DNA of 64,000 nt from Carcharhinus longimanus (taxonomy: Eukaryota): the NCBI GenBank assembly GCA_030264375.1, contig JASCQW010000137.1, forward strand, positions 22,324,920-22,388,919, read 5' to 3'. The position numbers and the translations under genes are program-made. Below the pieces are notes generated by a model. That model saw only the letters and a program-made list of their open reading frames with translations. It did no database searches and had not been told where the DNA came from. Below are positions 49,901-63,190 of this stretch, in pieces. Positions within the stretch are counted from its first letter, which is position 1; each line of letters begins with the position of its first letter.

Positions 49901-50779
49901 ATTTATTTAAATGGTTCTTACTTATTGCTGCAAATTTAAGCGCACCAGCCCAATGTTGTCTCTGAGTTTTGCCAGTGAAATTCTGATTCTGAGTTGTTAA
50001 TATAAATTAAGAATGGTTTTTATCATGAACCAGAGCATTCCACACATTATTTCCCAGTCACTCTGATATAAGTTCCCAACTAAGTATCTGTGGCTTCTAC
50101 GCCTCACCCAACTTATTAACTGGAAGGTTGCTTATTATTTTCTTATTTTATGGATTAATTTCTACAACTGAATAGTAGAAAGTGTGAAGAAAGATCTGTT
50201 CAGGCATCCAGAATAGAATTTTTCTTTCAGACTTTTGGAGGTGACATTGAAGAGGAGGAGGGTAGGAAAGTCAAGGAAATTGATGTGCGGTCGGAATTCT
50301 GATATGTTCCCATCCTCTGCTGGATTTCCCCAGTTTACAGTTAAAAATGAGCAGGGACCCCTTTCCATCCATGGGTGAGTAATGAAGAAGTGATGAAGGT
50401 TGTCAATAATGAGCTGTTTTAACACAGAATCCCGGATTTTCCAGTCATGTATCCTATTTCTGTTAGCAATTTGCTAGGGTCACCAAGACAAGTGAATNNN
50501 NNNNNNNNNNNNNNNNNNNNNNNNNNNNNNNNNNNNNNNNNNNNNNNNNNNNNNNNNNNNNNNNNNNNNNNNNNNNNNNNNNNNNNNNNNNNNNNNNGGT
50601 CACCAAGACAAGTGAATAGTGGAAAGAGCTTCTTAGTGAAACTGACAAACTGTGAATATTTTGATTAGTTACACTGAAGCACTCCAGTCAAGGCTATTAG
50701 AAAACTACTATTCATTGTACTTGTCCCAGAGATAGATATCACTGCTTGACAGGTGACTGGCAACTTCTTGTTTGAAAGC

Positions 50780-51155
50780 ACTTGAAGCACTGCAATGACC
50801 TCCAGCTGCATTTCACTGATACTAGTCTTCACCATGGAATGGAAGCAGCTTATGGAGCTCCATGTTCCTCCTCTGCAGATGGCACACCAAGGCCAACAGC
50901 ACCAGCCAAAGCAGCAGCAACATCAGCATTGTTCTCTTCTGCCCCATGTCCCTCCAGAGGGAAGAAGGGGCGGGCACTAAGATCTAGCTGGAAGTAAGTC
51001 CAATACAGGGTCTAAAGAGGCAGAAGGTCAGTCTGACATGTCTGACCCCTGGTGCTTCAAGAGGTTCAGGCTATTGCGACAGGTCACAAGTGACATCTGC
51101 AGCTTCTTGGAGCAAGACCTCCTTCCACTAGACCAGACAGGCATGCTGATGGCCG
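50780..51155 (+). pseudogene. PIF/Harbinger transposase N-terminal relic
   Basis: ~51035-51155 encodes DMSDPWCFKRFRLLRQVTSDICSFLEQDLLP, matching the Harbinger motif dmsd..c..rfRl....v..lc.ll..dL.p. Confidence 0.65.
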
Positions 51156-51944
51156 ATTAAGATACTTGTCACTGGAGGGCCAGCCATTCCACCCTCATCA
51201 AGTATTGCGCTCCATCCTGTTAGGGAGGAAGCAGAGAGGTGAGAGTGCTCATAATAGCACATAGAGGAGCGAAGGGTACCTTAAGGGAGCATGGCTGCAG
51301 GAGGTCAATAGAATGGGGTGAGTGTCAATGTTGGTTGCTCAGATAGAGGTGCGAGTTATGTGTGAGAGGGAAAAGAATGAAGCTACAAGATGCACTGACC
51401 CGAGGCATTCTGTGCAGGAGAATGATGGACAATTGAGTATCTTGAGCTTGGTAGCTGAAAGTATTGTGCCATTCATCATTTGTGCCCTCCTCAGGTCCTG
51501 GATTGTCTAAGTGTCCCATCTGAGTTGCACAAACTGTCCTTACTTTGTGTCAAAAAATGCAGAATATCCAATTCAGTGGGGAAAGAGAAAGATAATTTGT
51601 TGTTGTGGAGGGATGATTCTCAGGTTAAATGTGTCACATCTGATTATTTGAAGATGCCAGAGCGACTCAGAGTTGAATTCAATTAACTCCTTGCATCAGA
51701 TGCCAAAGACAGTGAACTTATCATCTTTCAAAATGCTTTAACTTTTGAGTTATCATTGCACAAATAATTTATTCAATAAACAGCATCAGTAAACTGTGCC
51801 ATATTAATTCTATATGAAGTTTATTTATTTCACATGTCAAAATACCGACTACCCACGCAGTGGTTCACATTTTATACTTAGCATGTCAGTAGACTCCTGT
51901 TTTGGAACAATACTTGGAGCTTTCAAAGTTTAACTTCTATGCTC

Positions 51945-52145
51945 TCATCTCCAGAAGACTTTTGGATTCCCTCTTATGTTAACTGCCAGCCTCTTCTCAT
52001 ACTGTCTCTTTGCTGTTTGTATTTCTTGTTCCTCCTCTGAACTTTCCATATTTAACCGAGTTCTCACCTCCACAAACAACCAAATATCAGTCACATGCAC
52101 CTTTTTTTTTGCTTCATCTTGCTCTTTATCCCTTTTGCAATTCAA
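51945..52145 (-). mobile_element. CR1 ORF2 internal fragment
   Basis: EIQTAKRQYEKRLAVNIRGNPKVFWR. Confidence 0.75.
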
Positions 52146-52282
52146 AGAGTTCTGACACTTAGATTCCTCATAAGACTGAGCGGTTCTGTATAATTTGCAT
52201 CATAAGTCAACGGCTGAGTGAGAATGTTTCAATATATTCCAATAATAGTTTAAATTAATAGTTAATTATGTAATTGTGCAAT

Positions 52283-52540
52283 AATGGGAACATGGGAATA
52301 GAAGGAAGCCACCTTGCCCCTCACACTTGTTGTGGCATTCATTTAGATCATTGTTGATCTGAGATTTGCAAACCCGTGACTTTCCCTGTATTCCTTAATA
52401 TTTTTAGTAAACATAAACCTATTCATTTCAGATTTAGAACTGACAATTGATCTAGCGTCAATAGCTCTTTGGAGAATGGAGCCCCAAAATTCTACCATCC
52501 TTTTTGTGTAAAATTATTCCATAGTTTCAAACTTGAAATA
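52283..52540 (-). mobile_element. Old CR1 3' end
   Basis: AACATGGGAATAGAAGGAAGCCA tail and ATTCATTTAGATCAT..TGATCT. Confidence 0.6.
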
Positions 52541-52639
52541 TCTGACTCAAAAGATCTACGAAAACTTAATGTAAAAGGCTTAGTCCCACATGTAAATTGA
52601 GTGAACTTGCAGCGGTTACTGGTAACAACACATAGTCAA

Positions 52640-53070
52640 TGTAGATTTGCTTGATTGACACCACATCTACAAGCATTCAATCCTTCCACTGCCCATGCTC
52701 AGTAGTAGCAATGTGTACAATCTACAAGATGCACTGCAGCAATTCACCAAAGATCCTTAGACAGCACCTTCCAAACCACAACCACTTCCATCTAGAAGGA
52801 CAAGGGCAGCAGATACATGGGAACACCACCACCTGCAAGTTCCCCTCCAAGCNNNNNNNNNNNNNNNNNNNNNNNNNNNNNNNNNNNNNNNNNNNNNNNN
52901 NNNNNNNNNNCTGGAATTCCCTCCCTAACGGCATTGTGGGTCAACCCACAGAACATGGACTGCAGCGATTCAAGAAGGCAGCTCACCATCATCTTCTCAA
53001 CGATAACTAGGATTGGCAATAAATGCAGGCCAGCCAGTGATGGCCATGTCCCACGAATGAGTAAAAAAAA
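52640..53070 (+). mobile_element. CR1/L2-group LINE 3' end (putative partner of the 43200 SINE)
   Basis: CTIYKMHCSNSPKILRQHLPN...WNSLPNGIVG...LQRFKKAAHHHLL, followed by an A-rich tail. Confidence 0.8.
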
Positions 53071-53119
53071 TGTAGAGCTAGAAAAAAGCTTGAATTTCAC
53101 ATTCCACACTCGTTTAATT

Positions 53120-53720
53120 AAATAATTTCAAGTGTTAAAGGATAAAGTAACAGAAACAACTTGATTAGGCATTTTACAGTTCTATATTTTAGATTATTCC
53201 CCCTATTATCTCCCCCAATCAGCGGAAAAAGTTTCCATCTCCCCTATCTGTTCATCTTCAGATCTTGAAAGCTTTGATGAAATCGCCTTAAAAATACAGA
53301 TAAATATAGTGAAAGTCTGATCAAGTATGCACACCACAAATATCCAAATATTCTGGAATGTGGCATTTGACTCTTTGTACTGAATCAGAAACCATTTTAT
53401 TCAGAGTAGGGCAGCAAGAAAATACCGCTTTCCTTTGGTAGATTACAGTGTGCTGCCGAACTCTACTGAGATCCTTCGAGGCTTATATTTTGAGCTGTTA
53501 CCAACAACAACTCAAAATATCCACAAAAACTTAAAGCCTTTTAGCTCAATCTCACATCTAAATTGTGAGTGGGCTTGGAGCAGTTACTGTAGGGCTGGGG
53601 AAAAAAGTATGGATTTCACTTTTCTGACTCCTTTATGAGCCATGTGTCTATAGAAATAATTTCAGGTGTTAAAGGATAAAGTAACAGAAGCAGAAATATA
53701 TTGATTAGGCACTTTCCAGT
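53120..53720. repeat. Dispersed direct repeat (~60 bp) at 53120-53180 and 53654-53720
   Basis: AAATAATTTCA(A/G)GTGTTAAAGGATAAAGTAACAGAA...TTGATTAGGCA(T/C)TTT(A/C)CAGT occurs in both. Confidence 0.85.
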
Positions 53721-53847
53721 GTTCCACACTTAACTTGGAGTTCAAAACTTCAGATTAAAATCGCTGCCCCATTTTTTCAGACAGCAGTTGTGGGTGCTGA
53801 CTCCATTCCCCTCCATACTTGCTGAACCCAGTGCTCATGTCTTTCCT

Positions 53848-54127
53848 TAGAATCATACAGTGCAGAAGGAGGCCATCCGGCCCATCGAGTTTGCACCGAT
53901 CACAATCCCACGCAGGCCGTATGCCCGTATTTATCCTAGATTTTCCCCCAATTATAAGGGGCAATTTAGCATGGCCAATCCACAAAACTGGACCACCCGG
54001 AGGAAACCCACGGAGATACAGGGAGAACGAGCAAACTCCACACAGACAGTGACCCAAGCCGGGAATCGAACGCAGGTCTCTGGTGTTGTGAGGCAACAGT
54101 GCTAACCACTGTGCCACCGTGCTGCCC
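53848..54127 (-). mobile_element. HE1-type V-SINE
   Basis: A/B boxes, V-domain and tail. Confidence 0.9.
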
Positions 54128-54876
54128 TCACAGGCATGTAAAAGTCCTATAACTTTCTCCTTTTGCCTTGCACCATCATCTATTTTCCCATTTCATCTGT
54201 CCTGCCTTCCAGCTCAGAACTTCCCTTTGTTACAGTTATACTGGAAAAGAACAAATCATCATAGAAATCTTCCTTCTCTTGATGGCAAAGAAACCTCATG
54301 AATGTTTCCCAATTCCTTTCCAGCATATGTCGTCAGCTCAGTCCATCTCAAGATACACTGTGGCTACAATGTAAACCCCAAAAGCATTGATATGATTTTT
54401 TACTTGGCAGATTTATAGGGGATCGACGAAACAAGAAGATTATCTTTAGATAGTCACCACTGATCTGACTAAGTCTTTTGGGCATTCTGAACTGATGTAA
54501 CTTATGGAACTGTTGTTAATGTCTATGTGACTGGAGAAAATTGCCTAAGTTATGCATTATCTTCCAGCTGGAATAATTAAGGCAGCCCTGTATTTTGCTG
54601 TCACTGATGGAGTTAAGCAATGATATGCTATCAATAATGTCTTAAGTCTCAATAGAGATCATAGACTTGATTATGTTGAGCTTTGATTTGCAAGTGACTT
54701 TCACTGTGGAGTTTTAGACTCAAAGGTGTGCAGCTTATTAGTGACTGGTTTGGCACAGCAGCAAGCAATTATTGCTTTATTATTACTACAAGTAAAGAAA
54801 ACAGATCACATGTCAGTCAACCCCAGCAGGGCATCATATCAAATTATCACCATTTGCAATACAGTATCAGGCAAGA

Positions 54877-55179
54877 GGATGGCACGGTGGCACTGCTGCC
54901 TCACAGTGCCAGGGACCTGGATTCGATTCCCAGCTTAGGTCACTATCTGTGTAGAGTTTGCACATTCTCTCTGTGTCTGTGTGGGTTTTCTCTGGGTGCT
55001 CTGGTTTCCTCCCACAAGCCAATGATGTGCTGGTTAGGTGCATTGGACATGTTAAATTGTTCCTTAGTGTCAGGGAGATTACATAGGATAAATCCATGAG
55101 GTTATAGAGATAGGGACTGGGTGGAATTGTGGTCGGTGCAGACTCGATGGGCCAGATGGCCTCCTTTATGATTCTATGA
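54877..55179 (+). mobile_element. HE1-type V-SINE
   Basis: GGCACGGTGGCACTGCTGCCTCACAG, GATTCGATTCC, V-domain and tail. Confidence 0.9.
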
Positions 55180-56238
55180 AAGCTATTAAGATGTCATACA
55201 GTCATGTTATGTAGTTCAGGTTCAGTATATAGTTACTTTTATCAATGCTATAGTTGACCTGGAAGTGTGTGATAATGAACCTGGGTGTCAAACATTACTC
55301 ACATTGATCAGCACAAAGATCATAAAATTGATCATTCATATATTATTCATCCTGTTAATTGACCTTGTTCATTTTTAACTTGGTCCAACATTTTGAGAGG
55401 GGATTGGTCCACTGTATGGTGAATTCTGCTGTTTTATGGTGTTGCCACTAATTCTTCAATGTGTAATGGTACGTAATTAAATTCCCTTGTACGCTGCATC
55501 TTTTTTCAGTGATGTTACTGATCAGCAAGCACAGCTGGGGGACAAAGAAAATCACTGGTGACAAGTTACTGTGAGAGCATTTACATGAACTGCACAAACC
55601 AAGCTGTTTATACATGGTCGCCAGTAGCATTTATTGGGTTAGAGATGAGCAAAGTTATAGTGTTCAAGAGCATGAACAAACAAAACCAATACAATCTTTT
55701 ATTTCTGGATTTCTCAGTAAATGTATTTGCTCTTCGCCAAAAGTTATAAAATATTATCGGGGAATCAGAACTGAACAGAGTACTTGTATTCTTAGCTTTA
55801 TTCAGTACACTGAAGTCTAATTGAAAACATAATTTAGAGTTTCCATTAATTCTATTGCTGCCTGAAATTTACGTTTTTTTTGCTTGAGTTCTTCTACTCA
55901 CTTGATAAAACCCACATGTTTGCTTAAAGTTCCTTTATTGTAGAATTTTTGGAACTTAGAATTATAGTAATAAAGCACTGTGCAGTGCACAAGCTATACA
56001 TAGAATCTCACTAGTTCAAAAATACCACAATCTGGCAAGAAAGCTTGAAGCTGAGCTACAGATGTATGGGGAGGGGGGTGAATAAACTTATCTTTTCCTT
56101 GGGAAATCACTGCTTTAATCAGGTGGCTGCGCCGTTATGGGCATGTTTTAACTTTTTATGCATAGACTTTTCAAGGTAAGAAATGAACTGAGAAATGTAT
56201 TAATTTTATAGCCAGAAACACACACACAATTACAAACA

Positions 56239-56552
56239 CATAGAACCCCAATAATGCGGACGGAGGCCATTTAGCCTATCGAGTCTACACTGACTTTCCA
56301 ACAGAGTATCTTACCCAGGCCCACTCTGACCCCGTAACGTTATGCATTTAGCCCACCAGTCCTCCTAACCTAAATATCTTGGGACACTAAGGGACAATTT
56401 AGCATGGTCAATCCATCTATATGCAGGTCTTTGGAGTGGTAGGAGGAAACCGGAGGAGAACGTGCAAACTCCACACACATGCAGTCAACCAAGGCTGGAA
56501 TCAAGCATGGGTGTTGGTGCTGTGAGGCAGCAGTGCTAACCACTGTGCCACC
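56239..56552 (-). mobile_element. HE1-type V-SINE (diverged)
   Basis: GCTGTGAGGCAGCAGTGCTAACCACTGTGCCACC head and TGCAAACTCCACAC. Confidence 0.85.
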
Positions 56553-56704
56553 TTTATGTAATTAAGTAATTAATCGAGTAATTTCATGTCACATCTGGCT
56601 GAGAAAAATAATTCCCTAACATTGTCATGACAAAGTAACTTAAATATGACAATTTCTTTTCTCCATACCTCCTCTTCTCCCACTAGCATAAATTTCACTC
56701 TTTA

Positions 56705-57073
56705 CAAACAAAGAACAAAGAAAATTAAAGCACAGGAACAGGGCCTTTGGCCCTCAAAGTCTGCGCCAACCATGCTGCCCGATTTAACTAAAACCCCCTA
56801 CCCTTCCGGGGACCATACCCCTCTATTCCCATCCTATTCATGTATTTGTCAAGATGCCCCTTAAAAGTCACTACCGTATCCACTTCCGCTACCTCCCCCG
56901 GCAGCGAGTTCCAGACATCCCACTACTCTCTGTGTAAAAAATCTGCCTTGTACATCTCCTTTAAATCTTGCCCCTCACTCCTTAAACCTATGCCTACTAG
57001 TAATTGACTCTTCCACCCTGGGAAAAAGCTTCTGACTATCCACTCTGTCCATGCCTCTCATAATCTTGTAGAC
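56705..57073 (-). mobile_element. CR1 LINE 3' end running into a gap
   Basis: VYKIMRGMDRVDSQKLFPRVEESIT and an (ACAAAGA)n tail. Same subfamily as 62344. Confidence 0.9.
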
Positions 57074-57174
57074 NNNNNNNNNNNNNNNNNNNNNNNNNNN
57101 NNNNNNNNNNNNNNNNNNNNNNNNNNNNNNNNNNNNNNNNNNNNNNNNNNNNNNNNNNNNNNNNNNNNNNNNNT

Positions 57175-58335
57175 GGATGAGGGAAATTGTGTTCATATGG
57201 TGTATATGGACTTCCAAAAGATATTTGTTACACTGCTGCACAATAGATCTATGAGCCAAGTTATAGCTCATGGAATAATAGGGAAATTAGTAACTGGATA
57301 TGAAATTGGTTGAGTGGTAGGAAAGAAAATGCTGTGGTGCATGGTTGTTTTTTGGAACGGAGGAAGATTTATTTTGGAGTTCCAGGGACCCCTGCTTTTT
57401 CTGATATCTATTAATGACACAAATGTGGGTGTATGGGGCACGTTATCAAAATTTGTGAATTATATGAAACTTGGAAGCATTGTGAACCATAAGGAGAATA
57501 GTGTATTCTTCAGAAGGACATAGACAGTCTGCTGGAATGGGCAGATAAGTGGCAGATGAAATTTAATGCAGAGAAGTGTGAAGTGATTAATTTTGGTCAG
57601 ACGAACATGGCGAGACAATACAAAATAAAGGATACAATTCTAACGAGGGTGGGTACATGAGCAGAGGGACCTGAATGTATATGTTCACAAATCCTTGAAG
57701 ATGGCAGGACAGGTTAAAAATACAGTTAATAAAGCAAATGGGTTCTTAGGCTTTATCAATAGAGATACAGAAAGAAAAACAAGGAAGTTATATCAAACAT
57801 ATATAGAACACTGGAGCCTTGAGCCCAGTTCTGGGCACCACACTTTAGGAAGGATTTAATTAAGCAGGAATGATCTGCAAAAATGGTTCTACGGTTGAAA
57901 AATTTCAATTGGGTGGAAAGACTGGAGAGTTGGGACTGTACTCCAGGGAGGAGATTGAAAGAAGACTTGTTAGAGGTATTCAAAATCATGAAGATCTGGA
58001 GAGAGTAGGAAGGGCAAAGCTGTTCTCATTGGTGGAAGGATTGGTAGAATAACCAGGGGCACAGATTGAAGTTAATTGGCAAAAGAAGCAACAGTGACAT
58101 GACATGAGGAAAAACGTTGTGATGCAGCATGCGGTTTGGATCTTGAATGCATTGCTTGAGGGTGTGATGGAAGGTGAGTCAATTAAGGCTTTCCAAAGGG
58201 AATTCAATCATTATCTCAAAAGAAAAATACTTACAAAGCTGTGGGGGGAAAGGCAGGGGAGTGGCATCAAATAAATTGCTCTGTCAGAGGGCCAACATAA
58301 ATATAACAGGCTGAATGTCCTGCTTTTGTGCTGTA
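57175..58335 (+). mobile_element. Old CR1 LINE, RT domain to 3' end
   Basis: VYMDFQK..., GPLLFLISIND, W..KWQMKFNAEKCEV and QFWAPHF, then 3'UTR, with many stops and frameshifts. Confidence 0.85.
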
Positions 58336-61300
58336 ATTGTTCGATAGTTCAATAAGATTTTTTAGTCTTTACCAGCTTTATATGCTCTACCAGCTTTTTA
58401 TATCCTTCTGCCATCTGCCATTTTATTATTTCCTTCTTGCAGGTGTTTGAGTTTTTCTAATTCAATGAAAATCTGTAATTTATACAGTGGGGAAATAATG
58501 GGGAGAATTCTGACAAGATAATATGCAGCAGGAAATAAAACTGGAACTAACTGATTCCACATTCAGAACCATACAGTTTGAGTTTCAGTCACATTGCAAT
58601 TCCATGCAGTTTTAAAATTACAATTAAAGTTACAATAAAATTGAAGAAGACTGAACACAGTCATAATTCTTTACAGAATTGACCCATTTACGTCATCATG
58701 AGTCTAGTTTGTAATGTGTGGGGTAAAAAACTTCCTGATCCCCTCATCATCTAATATCATAAAGCGTTTAGATGGCTATAGACTCCCGTCTGAAAAAACA
58801 AGAATGTTGCTTCTGATTATTTTGTAACCTGAAGCAAAATCACATAGCTTTAGCTTATCCAGCATAAATAATGTTAGCAACATTTATACAGATATTATTT
58901 TCCTTTTCTATCTGTACTGTACTTCTCCTGTTTAGGTTCAACTCCACCATGTCATGAGCCTCTCTCACCAACAAAAAAAAGGCAGGTAATTGGCTTCAAG
59001 TGTGCCTTGGTCATTATTGGAAGAAGCAGAAATGTGTATCTCCATTGTTTTGTTCTGTCCCCATTTATTCCAAGTGGATTAGGAACTTGTGCAGAAGGAA
59101 ATTGTCACAGCAATCCTATGCAAAACTGTGTAATTATTTTATGATTACCCCACACATAATTTGTTGAAATGAGTATGTGGTTTGTGAGCTGTAGGATAAT
59201 GGATAATAGCATTAGAAGTAACAAAAAGAATGCAACACCTTCTTGACCTTGTTTAGTCAATTGACTTTTTTGTGTTCTTACCAGCTGTCCTATATCTTAA
59301 TGTTAAATGGCCTGGTCAAAGACAACCAGCCTAAGTTGGAAGAATTGTAGCAAAGTTCTTTTGGGAAATGTTGCAATTACTTCTACTAATTATGCAATCA
59401 TTGTTATGAATAGCAAATGAAAGTACTCATTTGAAGTTCTAATATTTTCCCTTTATCTGGAATGTATTTGCGCTCATTAGTGTTCACAATAAAACTAAGA
59501 GCACTCAGTATGCACAAAACATAATTATATTGTTGAATTTTCGAGTATGATAGACTAATTAAAAGCTATGCTTCTTGTCATACCTCTACCTTACTCTTGA
59601 ATGCCACCTCAGCAGATTATCCCAAACCTTCTGGCTTTAACTGATAAGCCCCTGAAATTCTATCCAGAACATCTTGCTGCATTTTTCCAGTAATTCCCAG
59701 TAGGAAATATCAACATTTATGTTCAAAAACTTGGAGGGTGAACATAAATGCTTTTCAGATGTAATTGAACAAATTGAGAAACATAGGTGAAAAGCATAGT
59801 TCAGGACCCAGTCAAGCCTGAAAGGAGTTGGAGAAAAGTCTACATAAACTATTTAGGCTGTGTTTAAATGGTTTTTCTTTTAACTCTGTGTGCTGTTTCA
59901 GAAGGGAAAACTGGGGGAAATAAGGAGTTGCAATTTTGAGAAAACATGACCCAAAGTAGACCATGGGACAATGAATAGCCATAGCAACACAGCGAGGATA
60001 CAGACGTCCATGGAGGAAGATGATTTTGGGATTTAGTACAGATTGCAATGAATACCTTATCTAGGATTAACTTTTAAATGTACTGACTTGAACTCCTCAA
60101 CAGTCCTTTATATTCTGTAAACACTGACTTGACACTACTGACCAATTAAGAAGAAGTTAAATTGTTTTCAACATGCACCATCTGTGTCCCAGTGACAGAC
60201 TATTTGAATGCTTCCAAAATGTATACTAACCCCAAAAATGATATTCTAAATGAACTGAAAAATAAAATGCTTAGCAAAAAGTTAAAATTTTCTGAGATGT
60301 TACTTGTTTATTATTACTTTGAACATGTGGCAGGGAAAAATGGAAAAATGATACCATCATTATCACTAATATCAGTATAAACATTTCCATTTGAGTTAAT
60401 AGCTCAACAAATGTCTCTCCTATCTTTATGAAACTTGTGTGGTATATTCATTGTGCTAATAGGGATAACATAGGAAGCAAATTAGGACAATTAGATCTAA
60501 TTTACGTATGTAAAGTAGGTTAGTCCGTGAATAGCTTTTCCCCTGAAGTCAAAAACTCATGTCTTTTATATTTATGAAATGTAGAAGCTATATTTATTCA
60601 GCTAAAAGGAAGAAGAATAAATTAAATATTCCAAATTGAATCTTGTATACAATTGATGCCTGTAAATTGGGACATCCCAATGGGAATTTGTATATGCTGA
60701 TTAGTTTCATTACTAAATAGACTTTCCTCTGTGCTTGAAATGCAGCAAAAATTGTTATACAGCAATGTTTACTTTATCCTGTGTAAACTGGACATAACTG
60801 ATAGTCCTCAGCAGCAATCTACATCATTAGTAGGGCATAGGATAAAAATATCCTTCCTTATGTACAGGTCCATTCTCATAAATATAGTTTTGCTTCAAGT
60901 AAAAGTGTTTCTTCTTAAAGCATTTTACACAATTCATGTCATCTTGTTTGCAGCATAATGTAGCCAGTGCCAGCGATTGTATTCTGTTCTGTACCTGTCC
61001 TCAGTCACTATTTTACTCTGTCTTGCAACCCATCCCCTAGCGAACTGTACTTTTCAGAACCACTTATGCATTGCAAGTGGCAAAGGAAATATACACATTT
61101 GTTCTGCACCAAAATAAGGCACCAAAATCGATTGGAATCGGGTGAATCCTTGGAAATTATGTTCTAAATCTTCATCATCATCAAATATGTATTGCAGATG
61201 ACAAGTCCACAACAAAATCTGAATAAATATCACAGCTGTGAATACATTAAGCTTTAATTAATGCTACATTAAATTACACTGGCAATTAAGAGCCAATAAT

Positions 61301-61379
61301 CTTAATGTTCATTGCAGTAACCACTAAAATAATTGATAGGTTCGAATAAGTTACTAACCCACAGAGAGATGAATATCTA

Positions 61380-61615
61380 CTGAGACCATAAAGCACTATC
61401 AAGTTCAGCTGCTGAGGACCTAAGATGTGGAATTTCCTCCCTAAGCCTCTTATGCTCCCTAACTCTCTTTCCTTCTTGAAGATGCTCCGTAAAAATGACC
61501 ACTTTCACTAAATATTTGGTCACCTGCCCTAATATATCCTCAAGTGGCTTGGTGTGAAGTTTTGCTTTATACCAGTCTGTGAAACGCCTGTTTAAATACA
61601 AGCTGTTATTGTTAA
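61380..61615 (+). mobile_element. L2 3' end
   Basis: GGACCTAAGATGTGGAATTTCCTCCCT (P..WN.LP), CTGTGAAACGCCT and AAATACAAGCTGTTATTGTT tail. Confidence 0.65.
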
Positions 61616-61631
61616 ACAGAAGCAATATAAT

Positions 61632-61718
61632 ATGGATGCTGCAAATCTGAAATGAAAACAGAAAATATTCGAAATATTCAACACACCAGACAGCATCTGT
61701 GAAGAGAGAAACACTAAC
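61632..61718. mobile_element. Penelope-like terminal repeat fragment (second family)
   Basis: GATGCTGCAAATCTGAAATGAAAACAGAAAAT...CAGCATCTGTGAAGAGAGAAAC. Confidence 0.55.
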
Positions 61719-62257
61719 TGCGGATGATATTCTCCTGTCTTGCCCACTTGCAGAAAATTCAGCAGGCCATTCAAAAGTCTGTTGAGCTTGGCGGGGTGGG
61801 GGGTGTGCGCAGCTGGTGGATCCGCCCAATGTTTCAGGCTGGTGTCTTCCATCCTAAAGCAGCATGCCCTTTACAAATCTTGGGAAATAATTCTTAATAG
61901 TAATACACAGAAGAGTTTGGAATGTGTGGCAGTATTGTTTGACAAAATGACAGAAATGTTACGGAGCAGAAGGAGACCATTTGGCCCATCATATCTTGCA
62001 CCAGCTCTCCAAACAAGTATCATGACTTAGACAGGTGTTGGTTCATATATTTCTCCTGCAAAGTGCTATCTAAATTTACAAATGGGGTTTTGTTTTCAAA
62101 GGTAATATGGTTCGGTGACATTCTTTCCACATTGGTGTCATGTTAAGGTCATCACATCTGATTTTCTTTAATGGCTCTGAATAATAATTTGTAATACCAT
62201 TGCTCAGAGACAGTAGGTGAAAGGCAAAAATCATAAAATACCTAACGCACAGCAGGT

Positions 62258-62338
62258 ACATTTGAAGAGAAAGATGAGTTAATCTTTGTAGGCAAGAACC
62301 GACATCAAAATATTAACCTATCTTTCTCTTTAAGATGT
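62258..62338. repeat. Imperfect inverted repeat (~30-bp arms), probably inverted Penelope-type ends
   Basis: ACATTTGAAGAGAAAGATGAGTTAATCTTT pairs with AAATATTAACCTATCTTTCTCTTTAAGATGT. Confidence 0.7.
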
Positions 62339-62343
62339 TGACT

Positions 62344-63190
62344 ACAAAGAACAAAGAAAATTACAGCACAGGAAAAGGCCTTTCTGCCCTCCAAGCTTTC
62401 ACCGACCATGCTGCCCGACTTAACTAAAACCCCCTACGCTTCCAGGGACCATATCCCTCTACTCCTATCTCATTCCTGTACTTGTCAAGATGCCACTTAA
62501 AAGTCATTACTGTATCCACTTCCACTACTTCCCCCTGCAACAAGTTCCAGACACCCACCACTCTCTGTGTAAAAAATTTGCCTTGTACATCTCTTTTATA
62601 CCTTGCCCCTTGCACCTTAAATCTATGCCCCCTAGTAATTGACTCTTCCACCCTGGGAAAAAGCTTCTGACTATCTACTCTGTCGATGCCTCTCATAATT
62701 TTGTAGACTTCTATCAGGTCTCCCCTCAATCTCCATCACCCCAGTGAGAACAAACCAAGTTTCTCCAACCTCTCCTCATAGCTAATGCCCTCCATACTAG
62801 GCAACATCCTGGTAAATCTTTTCTGTACTCTCTCCAAAGCTTCCACATCTTTCTGTAGTATGGCAGCCAAAATTGAACAATGTATTTCAAGTGCGGCCTA
62901 ACTAATGTTCTATAAAGCTACAACATGACTTGCCAATTTTTAACTCAATACCCCGGCCAATGAAGGCAAGCATGCCGTATGCCTTCTTGACTACCTTCTC
63001 CATTTGCATTGCCACTTTCAGTGACCTATGTACCTGTACACCCAGATCCTTTTGCCTATCGATACTCTTAAGGGTTCTGCCATTTAATGCATATTTCCTA
63101 CCTGTGTTGGACCTTCCAAAATGCATTACCTCTCATTTGTCTGGGTTAAACTCCATCTGCCATTTCTCCACCCAAGTCTCCAAGTGATAT
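62344..63190 (-). mobile_element. CR1 LINE 3' ~850 bp
   Basis: MHFGRSN...DLGVQVHRSLK...KKAYGMLAFI and LRGDLIEVYKIMRGIDRVDSQKLFP...FFTQRVV. Confidence 0.92.

Noticed and set aside
50478-50617. 20-bp direct repeat GGTCACCAAGACAAGTGAAT on both sides of a gap
   Set aside because: Most simply a contig-overlap artefact. Similar overlaps flank the gaps at 6508 (ACCAGA) and 13511 (ATTCA). A TSD cannot be shown without reads.
59902-60036. Acceptor followed by KGKLGEIRSCNFEKT-TGA-PKVDHG...DDFGI (possible readthrough or Sec)
   Set aside because: No SECIS or homology recognised, and such a pattern is expected by chance.
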